DNA of 45,608 nucleotides. Origin: an uncultured Candidatus Saccharibacteria bacterium. Its GTDB lineage: Bacteria > Patescibacteriota > Minisyncoccia > Phycocordibacterales > EsbW-18. The DNA lies in the NCBI GenBank assembly GCA_964478705.1, contig CAYZIR010000007.1, positions 1 to 45,608 of the forward strand, given 5' to 3'. The translations under genes and the position numbers were made by a program. This document shows positions 1-8,554 of this stretch, piece by piece (position 1 is the first letter of the stretch; each line of letters opens with the position of its first letter). Below the pieces are notes generated by a model, which saw only the letters and a list, made by a program, of their open reading frames with translations, was not told where the DNA came from and did no database searches.

Positions 1-400
1 CCGGACTGCGGAAGCCCCACGTCTTCCTTGTCCGGGGTTTCCTGGTATGGAAAAAGTCCGCCTGCCGAGGTCGGGTCTGCGTGTAGCAGACGGACTTCTC
101 GACGGCGGACGTATTACTGATTAGCCATCCCCAGAACTGAGCATCGAGTTTTCTAGCCGTGGAGGTCAAACTCGTGTCTTGACCACCAGTCTCGACACGG
201 CTGACAAGAACGCTGGTGCTGAGCGAACCTTCCAACTGACGTGAGTCCGGGCTTGTTCTTGAAGTCACCCTTAGGTTCACGAGTGAGAAGTCCGCTTCCT
301 TCACGATCTAAAAGCTGTCTTGTTTCAGCACACCCTGTTTTCTGAGCCGGATATTCCACAAGGTCTCCTTTCCGAGACGGTTTGTCCAAAAGGAAAATAC
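1..400. ncRNA. Unassigned GC-rich structured non-coding region, truncated by the window edge (candidate ncRNA, class not identified)
   Basis: No credible ORF. Nested hairpins: CCGGAC(1-6)/GTCCGG(30-35) with inner GGAAG/CTTCC; AAGTCCGCCTGC(54-65)/GCAGACGGACTT(86-97) with one mismatch; AGCCGTG(155-161)/CACGGCT(196-202) with inner GGTCAA/TTGACC. The 466 nt gap before dnaE is atypically long for this compact window. Confidence 0.25.
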
Positions 401-427
401 CACAAATTAATAGAAGTGACAATATTT

Positions 428-457
428 TTCAAAGCTTCACGATCAATGAGGTACAAT
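428..457 (+). promoter_or_regulatory. Candidate dnaE promoter (TTCAAA-18-TACAAT), with the -10 ending 9 nt before the ATG
   Basis: TACAAT at 452-457 and ATG at 467. There is no Shine-Dalgarno sequence in between. Confidence 0.3.
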
Positions 458-466
458 GTCTGTCGT

Positions 467-3400
467 ATGTCGGATTTCATCCATCTTCACGTCCACTCGC
501 ACTACTCATTGCTCTCCGCACTTCCAAAGATTAAAAATCTTGTGAAGACGGCACAAAAGCACGATATGCCTGCGCTTGCGCTTACCGACAACGGCAACCT
601 CTACGGTGTTATCGACTTTTATAAATCATGTCTCAAGGCACACATCAAACCTATTATCGGTGTCGATGTTTATATTGCGCCACGCACACGACACGATAAA
701 GAATCCGGTATCGACAGCAAACGAACCCGTCTCGTTTTACTCGCAAAAGATGACGTAGGATATAAAAACCTTATCAAGCTCGTCACCTACTCGCATCTCG
801 AAGGGTTTTATTACAAACCTCGCGTTGATAAGGAATTACTTGAGCGATACCACGAAGGACTTATTGCAATTGTTCCCGCGTTTAATAGCGAGATAACGAA
901 CGCGCTTCGCGCGCACCATCCTGATGAAGCACGCGTCATCATTGATCGATACCGCTCATGGTATGGCGATCATGTGTATCTCGAAATCACACGACATCCA
1001 GAAATTGAAGGACACCAAGCACTCATGGACGAAACTGTTGCCTTTGCTCGAGCACTTGCCATCCCGCTGGTCGCAAGCAATGACGTTCATTATTTGATTC
1101 CTGAAGAACAACCGGCACGACGAACACTCCTCTCAATTCAGTCTGGTGGTTCAGGTCGCAGTGGGTATGGAGAGAATGATGCCGATTTTTCTTTCAAAAG
1201 TGGTGCCGAAATGGAGTCCCTCTTTACCGATATTCCCGAGGCTATAGCGAACACGAAAAAAATCGCAGACATGTGCTCGGTCACCATTCCGATTGGCTCA
1301 TGGATGTTTCCAAACTATGCCATACCGGAAGGATCAAGCTACGAGAAAGAGCTACGAGCAATCGTTGCGCAAAAAGTTATCGAGCGTGGTATGGAAGGAC
1401 GTGACGATGTACGCCAGCGAATTGAATTTGAACTTGAAACAATTGTTGGAAAAGGATACGCACCATATTTTCTTGTGGTGGGAGATTTGCTCAAGTATGC
1501 GCGCGAACACGGTATTTACACCAACACGAGAGGTTCTGTGGGTGGTTCGCTTATTTCCTACCTGCTCGGCATAACCGCTGTCGACCCATTTGAATACAAA
1601 TTGCCATTCGAACGATTCTTGAACCCTCTTCGTCCCTCACCTCCCGATATCGACCTCGATATCGCGGACAATCGTCGCGATGAAATGATTGCATATGCAC
1701 GAGAGAAATACGGCGCGAATAATGTCGCACAAATCGGTACGTTTGGAACCATGATGGCGCGCGGTGCGGTGCGCGACACCGCGCGCGCGCTCGGATACGA
1801 CGTAGCGCTTTCAGATCGCATTGCAAAGTTAATTCCCTTTGGCGTGCAAGGTCGCCCGATGACCATCGACAAAGCGATGGAGGAAGAGCCTGAACTCAAA
1901 AAATGGTATGACGATGATGAAGATGTTCGTCGCATCATCGATATGGCAAAAAAAGTTGAGGGGTGTGCACGCCACATTTCGGTGCACGCTGCGGGCGTTG
2001 TGCTGTCGCCGATTCCCCTCGAAGACATCGTTCCTGTGCAGTGGGATCCGAAAGGTGAAGGCAAGCTCATCACGCAATACGACATGCATGCGGTTGAAGA
2101 CGTTGGACTTCTGAAATTCGATTTCCTTGGATTGAAAAACCTCGCAATTTTAGCGGATGCAGTGAAGCGAGTAGAGAAAATCTACGGCGTGCTGGTTGAT
2201 GTTGAAACCATTCCACTCGACGACAAAAAAACATTTGAGATGCTTGCAAAAGGAGAAACGATGGCGGTCTTCCAACTTGCCGGTGGTGCGATGACACAAT
2301 TTTTGAAAGAGCTTCGCCCGACAACCATCCACGACATCAACGCAATGGTTGCACTCTACCGTCCGGGACCGATGAAGAACATTCCGGAATACATCGCGCG
2401 AAAACATGGCAAGAAAGCAATCACGTTCTACCATCCAAAAATGGCAGAATTCCTCGACCGTTCATACGGTATCCTCGTTTACCAAGACGACCTTCTTGAA
2501 ACAGCACTCAAGCTCGCGGGATACACATGGGAAACTGTCGACGCGTTCCGAAAAGCGGTCGGTAAGAAAATCCCTGAGGAAATGGCGAAACAACACGAAA
2601 TCTTCGTCGCTGGGTGCATTGCACACTCGGGCATGACAGCAGAAAAAGCAGAAGGACTCTGGGCGCTCTTCGAACCATTCCAAGGATACGGTTTCAACAA
2701 GGCACATGCAGCGTGTTACGGACGTCTTGCATATCAGACCGCATACATGAAAGCGAATTACCCGACCGCGTACATGGCAGCAGTGCTTTCCGCTGATGCT
2801 GGCGATGTTGAAACAATCGCTGAAGAAATTTCTGCGTGTAAGCGCATGGGTATCGACGTGCTCCCGCCCGACGTCAACGAATCGATCGCGGACTTCTCGG
2901 TTGTCACGAAAGATAGAACAGCCGATGGCACTGAAAAAATACGCTTTGGTCTTTACTCCATTAAAAACTTTGGTGAAGGTATTGGGGATGCAATTATCGC
3001 TGAGCGAAAAGAACACGGGCTCTTCACGTCACTCGATGATTTTTTGTCTCGAGTGAAAGATAAAAATTTAAATAAAAAAGCTCTTGAGGCACTCATCAAG
3101 TGTGGCGCATTGGACGCATTCGGTGAACGCGGTGCGATGCTTGCGAATATCAATTCGCTCCTTGAACATCACAAAGGATCTTTGAGTAAAAGCACCGCAC
3201 AAGTCTCACTCTTTGGTGGAGATGTGTTCACAGCAACTCCACTCCATCTCGAAGGAGGAGAACCGGCAACACGAGAAGAGCGTTTGGCGTGGGAAAAAGA
3301 TTTGCTCGGTCTCTACGTTTCTGGCCACCCGCTGGACGCATACAAAGATTTCTTAGCAACATCAAACACGTCGATCGAAAAACTCAAACACCTACCGAAT

Positions 3401-3670
3401 GGGCTCACGAGTGTTGTGTATGGGCATATCGACGATGTACGAACGATACTGACCAAGAAAGGTGACAAAATGGCGTTTATGCACGTGAGCGATTACACCG
3501 GCGTTGTTGAAATTGTCGTTTTCCCAAAAGCATTTGAAACCTATCAATCACTTCTTGTGCCAAACACTTGCATCGGTGTCAAAGGAAAAATGTCAGAGCG
3601 CAATGGAGAGACCAGTATCATCGCGGACATTATAAAAGCGATACCCACCAAAGCTTCTCAGACACGTTGA
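467..3670 (+). CDS. dnaE: DNA polymerase III alpha subunit (DnaE)
   Basis: N-terminal PHP motif MSDFIHLHVHSHYSLL. Full-length similarity to DnaE (GTFGTM, FDFLGLKNL, ALYRPGPM, GYGFNKAHAACY) plus a C-terminal OB region. Start moved to ATG 467 inside the 320..3670 ORF. Confidence 0.95.
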   Translation: MSDFIHLHVHSHYSLLSALPKIKNLVKTAQKHDMPALALTDNGNLYGVIDFYKSCLKAHIKPIIGVDVYIAPRTRHDKESGIDSKRTRLVLLAKDDVGYKNLIKLVTYSHLEGFYYKPRVDKELLERYHEGLIAIVPAFNSEITNALRAHHPDEARVIIDRYRSWYGDHVYLEITRHPEIEGHQALMDETVAFARALAIPLVASNDVHYLIPEEQPARRTLLSIQSGGSGRSGYGENDADFSFKSGAEMESLFTDIPEAIANTKKIADMCSVTIPIGSWMFPNYAIPEGSSYEKELRAIVAQKVIERGMEGRDDVRQRIEFELETIVGKGYAPYFLVVGDLLKYAREHGIYTNTRGSVGGSLISYLLGITAVDPFEYKLPFERFLNPLRPSPPDIDLDIADNRRDEMIAYAREKYGANNVAQIGTFGTMMARGAVRDTARALGYDVALSDRIAKLIPFGVQGRPMTIDKAMEEEPELKKWYDDDEDVRRIIDMAKKVEGCARHISVHAAGVVLSPIPLEDIVPVQWDPKGEGKLITQYDMHAVEDVGLLKFDFLGLKNLAILADAVKRVEKIYGVLVDVETIPLDDKKTFEMLAKGETMAVFQLAGGAMTQFLKELRPTTIHDINAMVALYRPGPMKNIPEYIARKHGKKAITFYHPKMAEFLDRSYGILVYQDDLLETALKLAGYTWETVDAFRKAVGKKIPEEMAKQHEIFVAGCIAHSGMTAEKAEGLWALFEPFQGYGFNKAHAACYGRLAYQTAYMKANYPTAYMAAVLSADAGDVETIAEEISACKRMGIDVLPPDVNESIADFSVVTKDRTADGTEKIRFGLYSIKNFGEGIGDAIIAERKEHGLFTSLDDFLSRVKDKNLNKKALEALIKCGALDAFGERGAMLANINSLLEHHKGSLSKSTAQVSLFGGDVFTATPLHLEGGEPATREERLAWEKDLLGLYVSGHPLDAYKDFLATSNTSIEKLKHLPNGLTSVVYGHIDDVRTILTKKGDKMAFMHVSDYTGVVEIVVFPKAFETYQSLLVPNTCIGVKGKMSERNGETSIIADIIKAIPTKASQTR

Positions 3671-3777
3671 CAGCACCGCGTGATGCGTTAGGATGAGAAG
3701 TACCGTGATGGCAAGACATCTTATCACTACGACCACAGAGTAATCGCTCTCTCCCGGAGGGTTGGGTCGTTCGTGCA

Positions 3778-3805
3778 AGCCCCTTCTTCCGGAAGGGCTT
3801 TTTTC
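3778..3805 (+). terminator. Intrinsic terminator after dnaE
   Basis: GCCC(C)TTC / GAAGGGC stem with a 5-nt loop, followed by TTTTTT. Confidence 0.6.
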
Positions 3806-3826
3806 GTATACTTATCACAATACTTT

Positions 3827-5605
3827 ATGAATGAATCACTCGCCCACAAACGACACACGCTCGCCCACCTTTTAGCTGCTGCAGTCAAAGAACTCTACCC
3901 GGAAGCACAGCCGACACTTGGACCATCGATTGATAATGGTTTCTACTACGACTTTGATCTAACCGCGGATGAATCGCGCCTGCCTGCCGGCAGACAGGGA
4001 TCAGGCGCGGATAAAACGCAGATGGATTTGAAAGCAGTGGAGGAGAAGATGAAGAAACTCTTATCGTCGTGGACTGAATTCACGCACAAAGAGGTTTCTG
4101 TGGACGAGGCACGAGAATTCTTTGCAGGAAATAAGTACAAGTTGGAGTTGATTGAGGAAATCAGTGCGAAGGGCGAGCAAATTACGCTCTACACATGTGG
4201 GGACTTTACCGATCTCTGTCGTGGTGGTCATGCGGAGAATCCTTCAAAAGAAATTCCATCGGATTCATTTAAACTCTCACACGTCGCCGGAGCATACTGG
4301 CGTGGCGATGAAAAGAACGCGATGTTGACCCGTGTGTACGGACTCGCATTTGATACCAAAGAAGATCTCGACGCCTACGAACTCCAGCAGGAAGAAGCCA
4401 AAAAACGTGATCACAAGATACTTGGGGTACAGATGAAGATTTTCACGTCATCCCCTCTTGTTGGTTCAGGACTTCCCCTTCTCCAACCACGCGGTGCAAT
4501 TATTCGCCGTGAGATTGAGGAGTATCTCTGGGAACTCCACAAAGGAAAAGGGTACGACCGCGTCTGGACACCCCACATTGCAAAGGAAGCACTCTATGAG
4601 ATGTCCGGTCATGCTGCAAAGTTCGGCGACGAACTCTTCCGTGTACAAGGCAAAGAGGAGCAATTCTTCTTGAAACCAATGAACTGCCCACACCACATGC
4701 AGATTTTTGCCGACAATCAATTCTCCTACCGCGATATGCCGATTCGATACTTCGAACCTGCGACCGTCTACCGTGACGAAAAATCAGGACAGCTTGGAGG
4801 ACTTACCCGTGTTCGTGCAATCACGCAAGACGATGGTCACCTCTTCTGTCGGGCAGAGCAGATTGGAGAAGAAGTGAAGACAATCATCGGCATCGTCAAA
4901 CAGTTTTATACAACGATGGGCATGATGGATGGCTACTGGGTTCGTTTGTCGCTTCGTGGCGATGACAAGAACAAATATCTTGGCTCTGACGAAGTCTGGG
5001 AGACCGCACAAAAGGCACTCGAGGATGTGTGTATCTCTGAATCACTCCCGTACAAACCAGCCCTTGATGAGGCAGCGTTCTACGGACCGAAGCTCGACTT
5101 CATGTTCAAAGATGCGATTGGTCGCGAGTGGCAACTCGCAACGATTCAGTGTGACTTCAACCTTCCTGAACGCTTTGACCTCTCGTTTGTAAATGAGAAA
5201 GGTGAGAAGGAGCGCCCTGTTGTCATTCACCGCGCTATCTCTGGCTCGCTTGAACGCTTCATGGGCGTGATGATTGAACACTTTGCAGGTGCGTTCCCTG
5301 TTTGGCTCTCGCCGGTGCAGGTGTCAGTGCTTCCGGTGTCAGATAAAAATGCAGATTTTGCGAAAGGAATTTCTGATGCTCTCAAGTCCGCGAACATTCG
5401 TGTTGATTTCGATGATTCGAACGAAACACTCGGCAAGAAGATTCGTAATTGGAAACTTTCAAAAGCTCCGTACGCAATCGTGATTGGAGAAAAAGAAGTC
5501 GAGAGCGGTGTACTCACCATCGAAACTCGTTCCAGCGAGAAGCATCCCCTCTCACTTGAAGATTTGATTGCTCGGTTGCAGAAAGAAATTACAGAGCGAA
5601 GATAA
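3827..5605 (+). CDS. thrS: Threonyl-tRNA synthetase lacking the N-terminal TGS domain
   Basis: Begins directly at the editing-domain motif KRHTLAHLLAAAVKELYP..GPSIDNGFYYDFD. Class II catalytic core and anticodon-binding domain are present. ATG 3827 chosen within the 3773..5605 ORF. Confidence 0.93.
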   Translation: MNESLAHKRHTLAHLLAAAVKELYPEAQPTLGPSIDNGFYYDFDLTADESRLPAGRQGSGADKTQMDLKAVEEKMKKLLSSWTEFTHKEVSVDEAREFFAGNKYKLELIEEISAKGEQITLYTCGDFTDLCRGGHAENPSKEIPSDSFKLSHVAGAYWRGDEKNAMLTRVYGLAFDTKEDLDAYELQQEEAKKRDHKILGVQMKIFTSSPLVGSGLPLLQPRGAIIRREIEEYLWELHKGKGYDRVWTPHIAKEALYEMSGHAAKFGDELFRVQGKEEQFFLKPMNCPHHMQIFADNQFSYRDMPIRYFEPATVYRDEKSGQLGGLTRVRAITQDDGHLFCRAEQIGEEVKTIIGIVKQFYTTMGMMDGYWVRLSLRGDDKNKYLGSDEVWETAQKALEDVCISESLPYKPALDEAAFYGPKLDFMFKDAIGREWQLATIQCDFNLPERFDLSFVNEKGEKERPVVIHRAISGSLERFMGVMIEHFAGAFPVWLSPVQVSVLPVSDKNADFAKGISDALKSANIRVDFDDSNETLGKKIRNWKLSKAPYAIVIGEKEVESGVLTIETRSSEKHPLSLEDLIARLQKEITERR

Positions 5606-5620
5606 GTAAGAAAAGAAAAA

Positions 5621-5650
5621 CTGCTTGAGAGTAGGTTTTTTCTCAAGCAG
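5621..5650. terminator. Hairpin between convergent thrS and the membrane-protein gene (T-run on the minus strand)
   Basis: CTGCTTGAGA(5621-5630)/TCTCAAGCAG(5641-5650), a perfect 10-bp stem. The minus-strand reading is followed by TTTTTCTTTTC. Confidence 0.55.
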
Positions 5651-5662
5651 GCAGAGACTTAG

Positions 5663-6481
5663 TTATAAGACAGACTCCATTTTTTCAATTCTTCCTCTCA
5701 GATATCCTGCAATCAGGTCGAACTTCGCTTCTTGCTTACTAGGGAAGATACTGCTTTCACTGTACTCAAGAGCGAGTTCGTTAGCCTTATCGAGGGCATA
5801 GTGAAGAGAGTTGAGATGTCGATTTCTAACCAAAACCCAACGCTCCTTCCGACTCTTGCTCGAGAGGAGGGCAACTATGCCATGTGTGCTAACGAGCACA
5901 ATTGGCATCACCATTGAGATCGTCCACCCTCCCTTGAACATGAAGGTATGGAGAGTAGTAATGGTTGTCGCTGTAGTCCAGAACCACCATGCAGTCGAAC
6001 GTTCTTTGCGTGGGTCACTTAGAACACCAACGACACTCGGAACAAACGACCAGACGACAATTCCAACGAGAATCAGATTAGCGTTCGTTGGTCCAGACAG
6101 TTTCCAGACCACGATCGCTACGAGACCAAGGAGAAACATCCCCCACTCTTGCATCTTTGGCACTTTGAATTTACCAATGACCAAGACGTACAGAAATGTC
6201 ACAATGCACCCGATTGATCCTGTCAGAAACTGTAGAGCGCTAACCAGACTGTTCATCGCGCTGAAGGACAATGCATTAAGCGTTGCAAGAAAGGCCCAGA
6301 GAAACCACGATACTGGATTAGGCTCAGACTTACCGAGTTTCGTCTGTACGTTGTACAAGACGAAACCTATACCGTGGATAAGCGCAGCTAAAACGGCCAA
6401 AATCCAACCCTCTTCCAAGCGATACCTCCTGTAAAAAAACTTTGCGAGAGCGGAGGAAGTGATTACTATAATCACTGTCAC
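5663..6481 (-). CDS. Multi-pass (about 7-8 TM) membrane protein with a ~60 aa cytosolic tail, function unknown
   Basis: Alternating hydrophobic segments, Trp-rich (NPVSWFLWAF, AWWFWTTATT). No family recognised. Confidence 0.65.
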   Translation of the reverse strand: MTVIIVITSSALAKFFYRRYRLEEGWILAVLAALIHGIGFVLYNVQTKLGKSEPNPVSWFLWAFLATLNALSFSAMNSLVSALQFLTGSIGCIVTFLYVLVIGKFKVPKMQEWGMFLLGLVAIVVWKLSGPTNANLILVGIVVWSFVPSVVGVLSDPRKERSTAWWFWTTATTITTLHTFMFKGGWTISMVMPIVLVSTHGIVALLSSKSRKERWVLVRNRHLNSLHYALDKANELALEYSESSIFPSKQEAKFDLIAGYLRGRIEKMESVL

Positions 6482-6534
6482 CCAAGACTCCCCATCTGCG
6501 ATGAAGATATGACGAACTATTTAAATTGTCAATA

Positions 6535-7032
6535 TTACTGTTTTGTTCTCTCAAGTAAACTTTTGAACTCATCGCTCGTGAGATGGAGAAGTCGAGCGTC
6601 CATACCAAGTGGAGAGTTGGTGATTTCCTCCCCCATCCACGGCTCTGGTGTATAGGTCTCTGCTGATTCGATGGATGGAAACTCTACCTCAGCACGTACC
6701 AGACCTTCAAAACGTCCGTGGTATATCTTGATAGAGATTTCTGGATTTTCTGAAATCAGATAGCCATCTCGAATGATTCCGTTGGATTCTTTCCCTTGTT
6801 TCAAGGATTCAAATTTTTCTTTTGTGATGGAATGTTTTTCTTTTTCGTGTGAGACAAAAGAGTCGGCGCCGGGTAGAGCGCGTTTGATTTCGAGTTCATA
6901 GGTATCACCCTTTTTCTGAATACGCTCTTGAACGCCGTCCGCGTCTTTTAAGAAATATCGCTCATAACGTATCGGGGGTTCCCCGGATATATCAGGTAGT
7001 GCGGTAACCAAGAATTTTCGTTCGATTTCCAT
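6535..7032 (-). CDS. CYTH-domain protein (triphosphate tunnel metalloenzyme / CyaB-like)
   Basis: N-terminal hallmark MEIERKFLV. The size (165 aa) and the alternating Glu/Lys/Arg beta-strand pattern are typical of CYTH. Confidence 0.85.
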   Translation of the reverse strand: MEIERKFLVTALPDISGEPPIRYERYFLKDADGVQERIQKKGDTYELEIKRALPGADSFVSHEKEKHSITKEKFESLKQGKESNGIIRDGYLISENPEISIKIYHGRFEGLVRAEVEFPSIESAETYTPEPWMGEEITNSPLGMDARLLHLTSDEFKSLLERTKQ

Positions 7033-7041
7033 AGATGTATT

Positions 7042-7443
7042 CTACTCCCCAAACTCCTCTTCTTCTCGCTTCTGAATCCCCTCCTCGTCATGGCCGAAAT
7101 GGTGGCCAAGTTCGTGCCATAAAGTCTCGTAAATAATGTTCTCGATGTCCTTCCCGGAATTGGCGGCTTCCTCCTCAAGAGCGAGCTTATAGAGCGTCAC
7201 AGAGTCGGGTAAAAGAGGCGCGGCGTCGTTGTCTCGTTCGGTTCGAGGCACTCCTTGATAAAGGCCTAGGAGTTCGGTCAGAGACTCAAGCGCCAGATCT
7301 TCTCGCACAGCTTCGCTTGGTACGTCCTCAACCAAAATCGCCACGTTCTGCACCTGCTCACTAATATGCTCGGGCAGTCGAGCAAAAGCGACTCCGACCA
7401 TCTCATCAAATTCTTCTTTTGTGTATGAATGCGCCTCGTTCAT
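7042..7443 (-). CDS. Small zincin-like metallopeptidase family protein (DUF1025/Zincin_1-like)
   Basis: HELGHHFGHDEEGI metal-binding motif near the C-terminus of an acidic 133-aa protein. It lies 9 nt upstream of the CYTH gene. Confidence 0.8.
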   Translation of the reverse strand: MNEAHSYTKEEFDEMVGVAFARLPEHISEQVQNVAILVEDVPSEAVREDLALESLTELLGLYQGVPRTERDNDAAPLLPDSVTLYKLALEEEAANSGKDIENIIYETLWHELGHHFGHDEEGIQKREEEEFGE

Positions 7444-7493
7444 ATAAGTCTGAGCATCTTACCCTACTCTCCACACCTCTACCAAGCATCGCT

Positions 7494-7521
7494 ATTTGCT
7501 AATTCGCACGAATTAGCAAAT
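7494..7521. promoter_or_regulatory. Perfect 13-2-13 palindrome, candidate ArsR-type operator upstream of the zincin-CYTH operon
   Basis: ATTTGCTAATTCG-CA-CGAATTAGCAAAT, 51 nt upstream of the zincin start. The core TTGCTAATTCG-N2-CGAATTAGCAA is identical to the site at 7838-7867. Confidence 0.6.
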
Positions 7522-7550
7522 ACATGCAGACGAAGCAAATCTGTTCTAGA

Positions 7551-7835
7551 TCACAGAGTAGAAAGTATATGCACTATGTAGTCTGGCAAGTCTTGCACAA
7601 TACGACAATAAACTTCCAATCTTCTCTGTTCCTTCTCCAATATATCCGCATTACGAAGAATGACGATATGCTTTGATGTCGCGTGAACCGAAAGCTTAAT
7701 ATGCCGGGCTATGATTGTTATTGACGCTTCTTTTTCTTTTTTCAAAAATGTGAGAACGCGAAGTCGACGTTCATTCGCAAGTGCCTTAAGCACCTTGGTG
7801 ATTTTTTTACTGTTTTCTTGTTTTGATGTTTTCAT
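7551..7835 (-). CDS. ArsR/SmtB-family winged-helix transcriptional regulator
   Basis: KVLKALANERRLRVLTFLKKEKEASITIIARHIKLSVHATSKHIVILRNADILEKEQ matches the ArsR HTH pattern. Start moved to ATG 7835. The upstream part of the 7551..7997 ORF is low complexity and overlaps tag. Confidence 0.85.
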   Translation of the reverse strand: MKTSKQENSKKITKVLKALANERRLRVLTFLKKEKEASITIIARHIKLSVHATSKHIVILRNADILEKEQRRLEVYCRIVQDLPDYIVHILSTL

Positions 7836-7837
7836 GA

Positions 7838-7867
7838 CACTTGCTAATTCGCGCGAATTAGCAAGTG
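7838..7867. promoter_or_regulatory. Perfect 14-2-14 palindrome abutting the ArsR start codon (candidate autoregulatory operator)
   Basis: CACTTGCTAATTCG-CG-CGAATTAGCAAGTG ends 2 nt from the ATG of the regulator. Confidence 0.6.
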
Positions 7868-7966
7868 TAGGATACGGGAGGGAGATAAGGGGAGGGTAAA
7901 AAATAATGAGAGAGGGAAGTTGTGGTTGTGGAGGATGATGATTTTTGCTGAGCGGAGTTTCCTTGA

Positions 7967-8542
7967 TTACTTCCCCACTTGTTTGTAGCGGAAGCAAGAG
8001 ACAACATGGTCATTAACCATTCCCGTTGCTTGCATGTGCGCATAGATGGTCGTTGAGCCCAAGAATTTGAATCCACGCTTCTTCAAGTCTTTCGCGAGCG
8101 TGTCTGATTCTTTTGATGTCGGTTTGTAGTCTTTGAGTGCGCGGAGTTTGTTTACTTTTGGTTTCCCGCCAACAAAATTCCAGATGTATTTTGAAAATGT
8201 GCCGAATTCTTTTTGTACCTCAAGAAAACGCTCTGCGTTATTGATTACTGCTTCGATCTTTGCTCGATTGCGAATGATACCGGCATTCTTCAAAAGTTTT
8301 GCGACATCGCGCGCGGTAAACCTCGCTACTTTCTTCGGGTCGAACCCCGCGAAGGCTTTTCGGTAGTTCTCACGCTTTCGCAACACGGTAATCCACGAGA
8401 GTCCCGCCTGTGCACTCTCGAGCACTAAAAACTCGAAGATAGTTCGGTCATCATAGACCGGAGAACCCCACTCATGGTCGTGATACATCTCGTAGAGCGT
8501 GTCGCCCTCCTTCACCCACGGGCAACGTTTTTTAGTTTTCAT
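7967..8542 (-). CDS. tag: DNA-3-methyladenine glycosylase I
   Basis: CPWVKEGDTLYEMYHDHEWG..DDRTIFEFLVLESAQAGLSWITVLRKRENYRKAF is typical Tag. Confidence 0.92.
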   Translation of the reverse strand: MKTKKRCPWVKEGDTLYEMYHDHEWGSPVYDDRTIFEFLVLESAQAGLSWITVLRKRENYRKAFAGFDPKKVARFTARDVAKLLKNAGIIRNRAKIEAVINNAERFLEVQKEFGTFSKYIWNFVGGKPKVNKLRALKDYKPTSKESDTLAKDLKKRGFKFLGSTTIYAHMQATGMVNDHVVSCFRYKQVGK

Positions 8543-8554
8543 ATCAACATATTC

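Noticed and set aside
100-370. Minus-strand resemblance to the 3' end of 23S rRNA (GTGCTGAAAC.., CAAGACACGAGTTTGACC.., GCTAATCAGTAATACG versus GTGCTGAAAGCATCTAAG, GAAGACGACGACGTTGATAGG, GCTAACCGGTACTAATG)
   Set aside because: A 23S gene in this orientation would need ~2.7 kb of upstream rRNA exactly where the intact dnaE gene (467-3670, opposite strand) lies. The matches are short and gapped, so I treat them as coincidental unless a search says otherwise.
1-400. RNase P RNA, tmRNA, SRP RNA or 5S assignment for the structured region
   Set aside because: The GAAAAAGTCCGCC segment simply pairs with GCAGACGGACTT 30 nt downstream as a plain hairpin, and there is no matching P4 3' strand. No GGTTCGAnTCC T-arm with a CCA end is present on either strand. 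No GGAA-capped SRP helix 8 is present.
153-422. 89-aa minus-strand ORF in the region upstream of dnaE
   Set aside because: It has no RBS and an unremarkable Arg/Cys/Gly-rich composition. It lies entirely within hairpin-forming GC-rich sequence, so it is more likely a chance ORF in a structured non-coding region.
5663-6481. PnuC-type nicotinamide riboside transporter assignment for the Trp-rich membrane protein
   Set aside because: The idea was attractive given the NAD salvage genes 8 kb away. However, I cannot match defined PnuC motifs by eye, and the gene belongs to a different transcription unit downstream of zincin-CYTH. It is left as unknown.
7836-7997. N-terminal 54-codon extension of the ArsR ORF
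   Set aside because: It would translate through the perfect palindrome and the G-rich spacer into low-complexity Pro/Leu sequence, and it would overlap the tag 3' end. The ArsR fold begins at the internal Met (7835).
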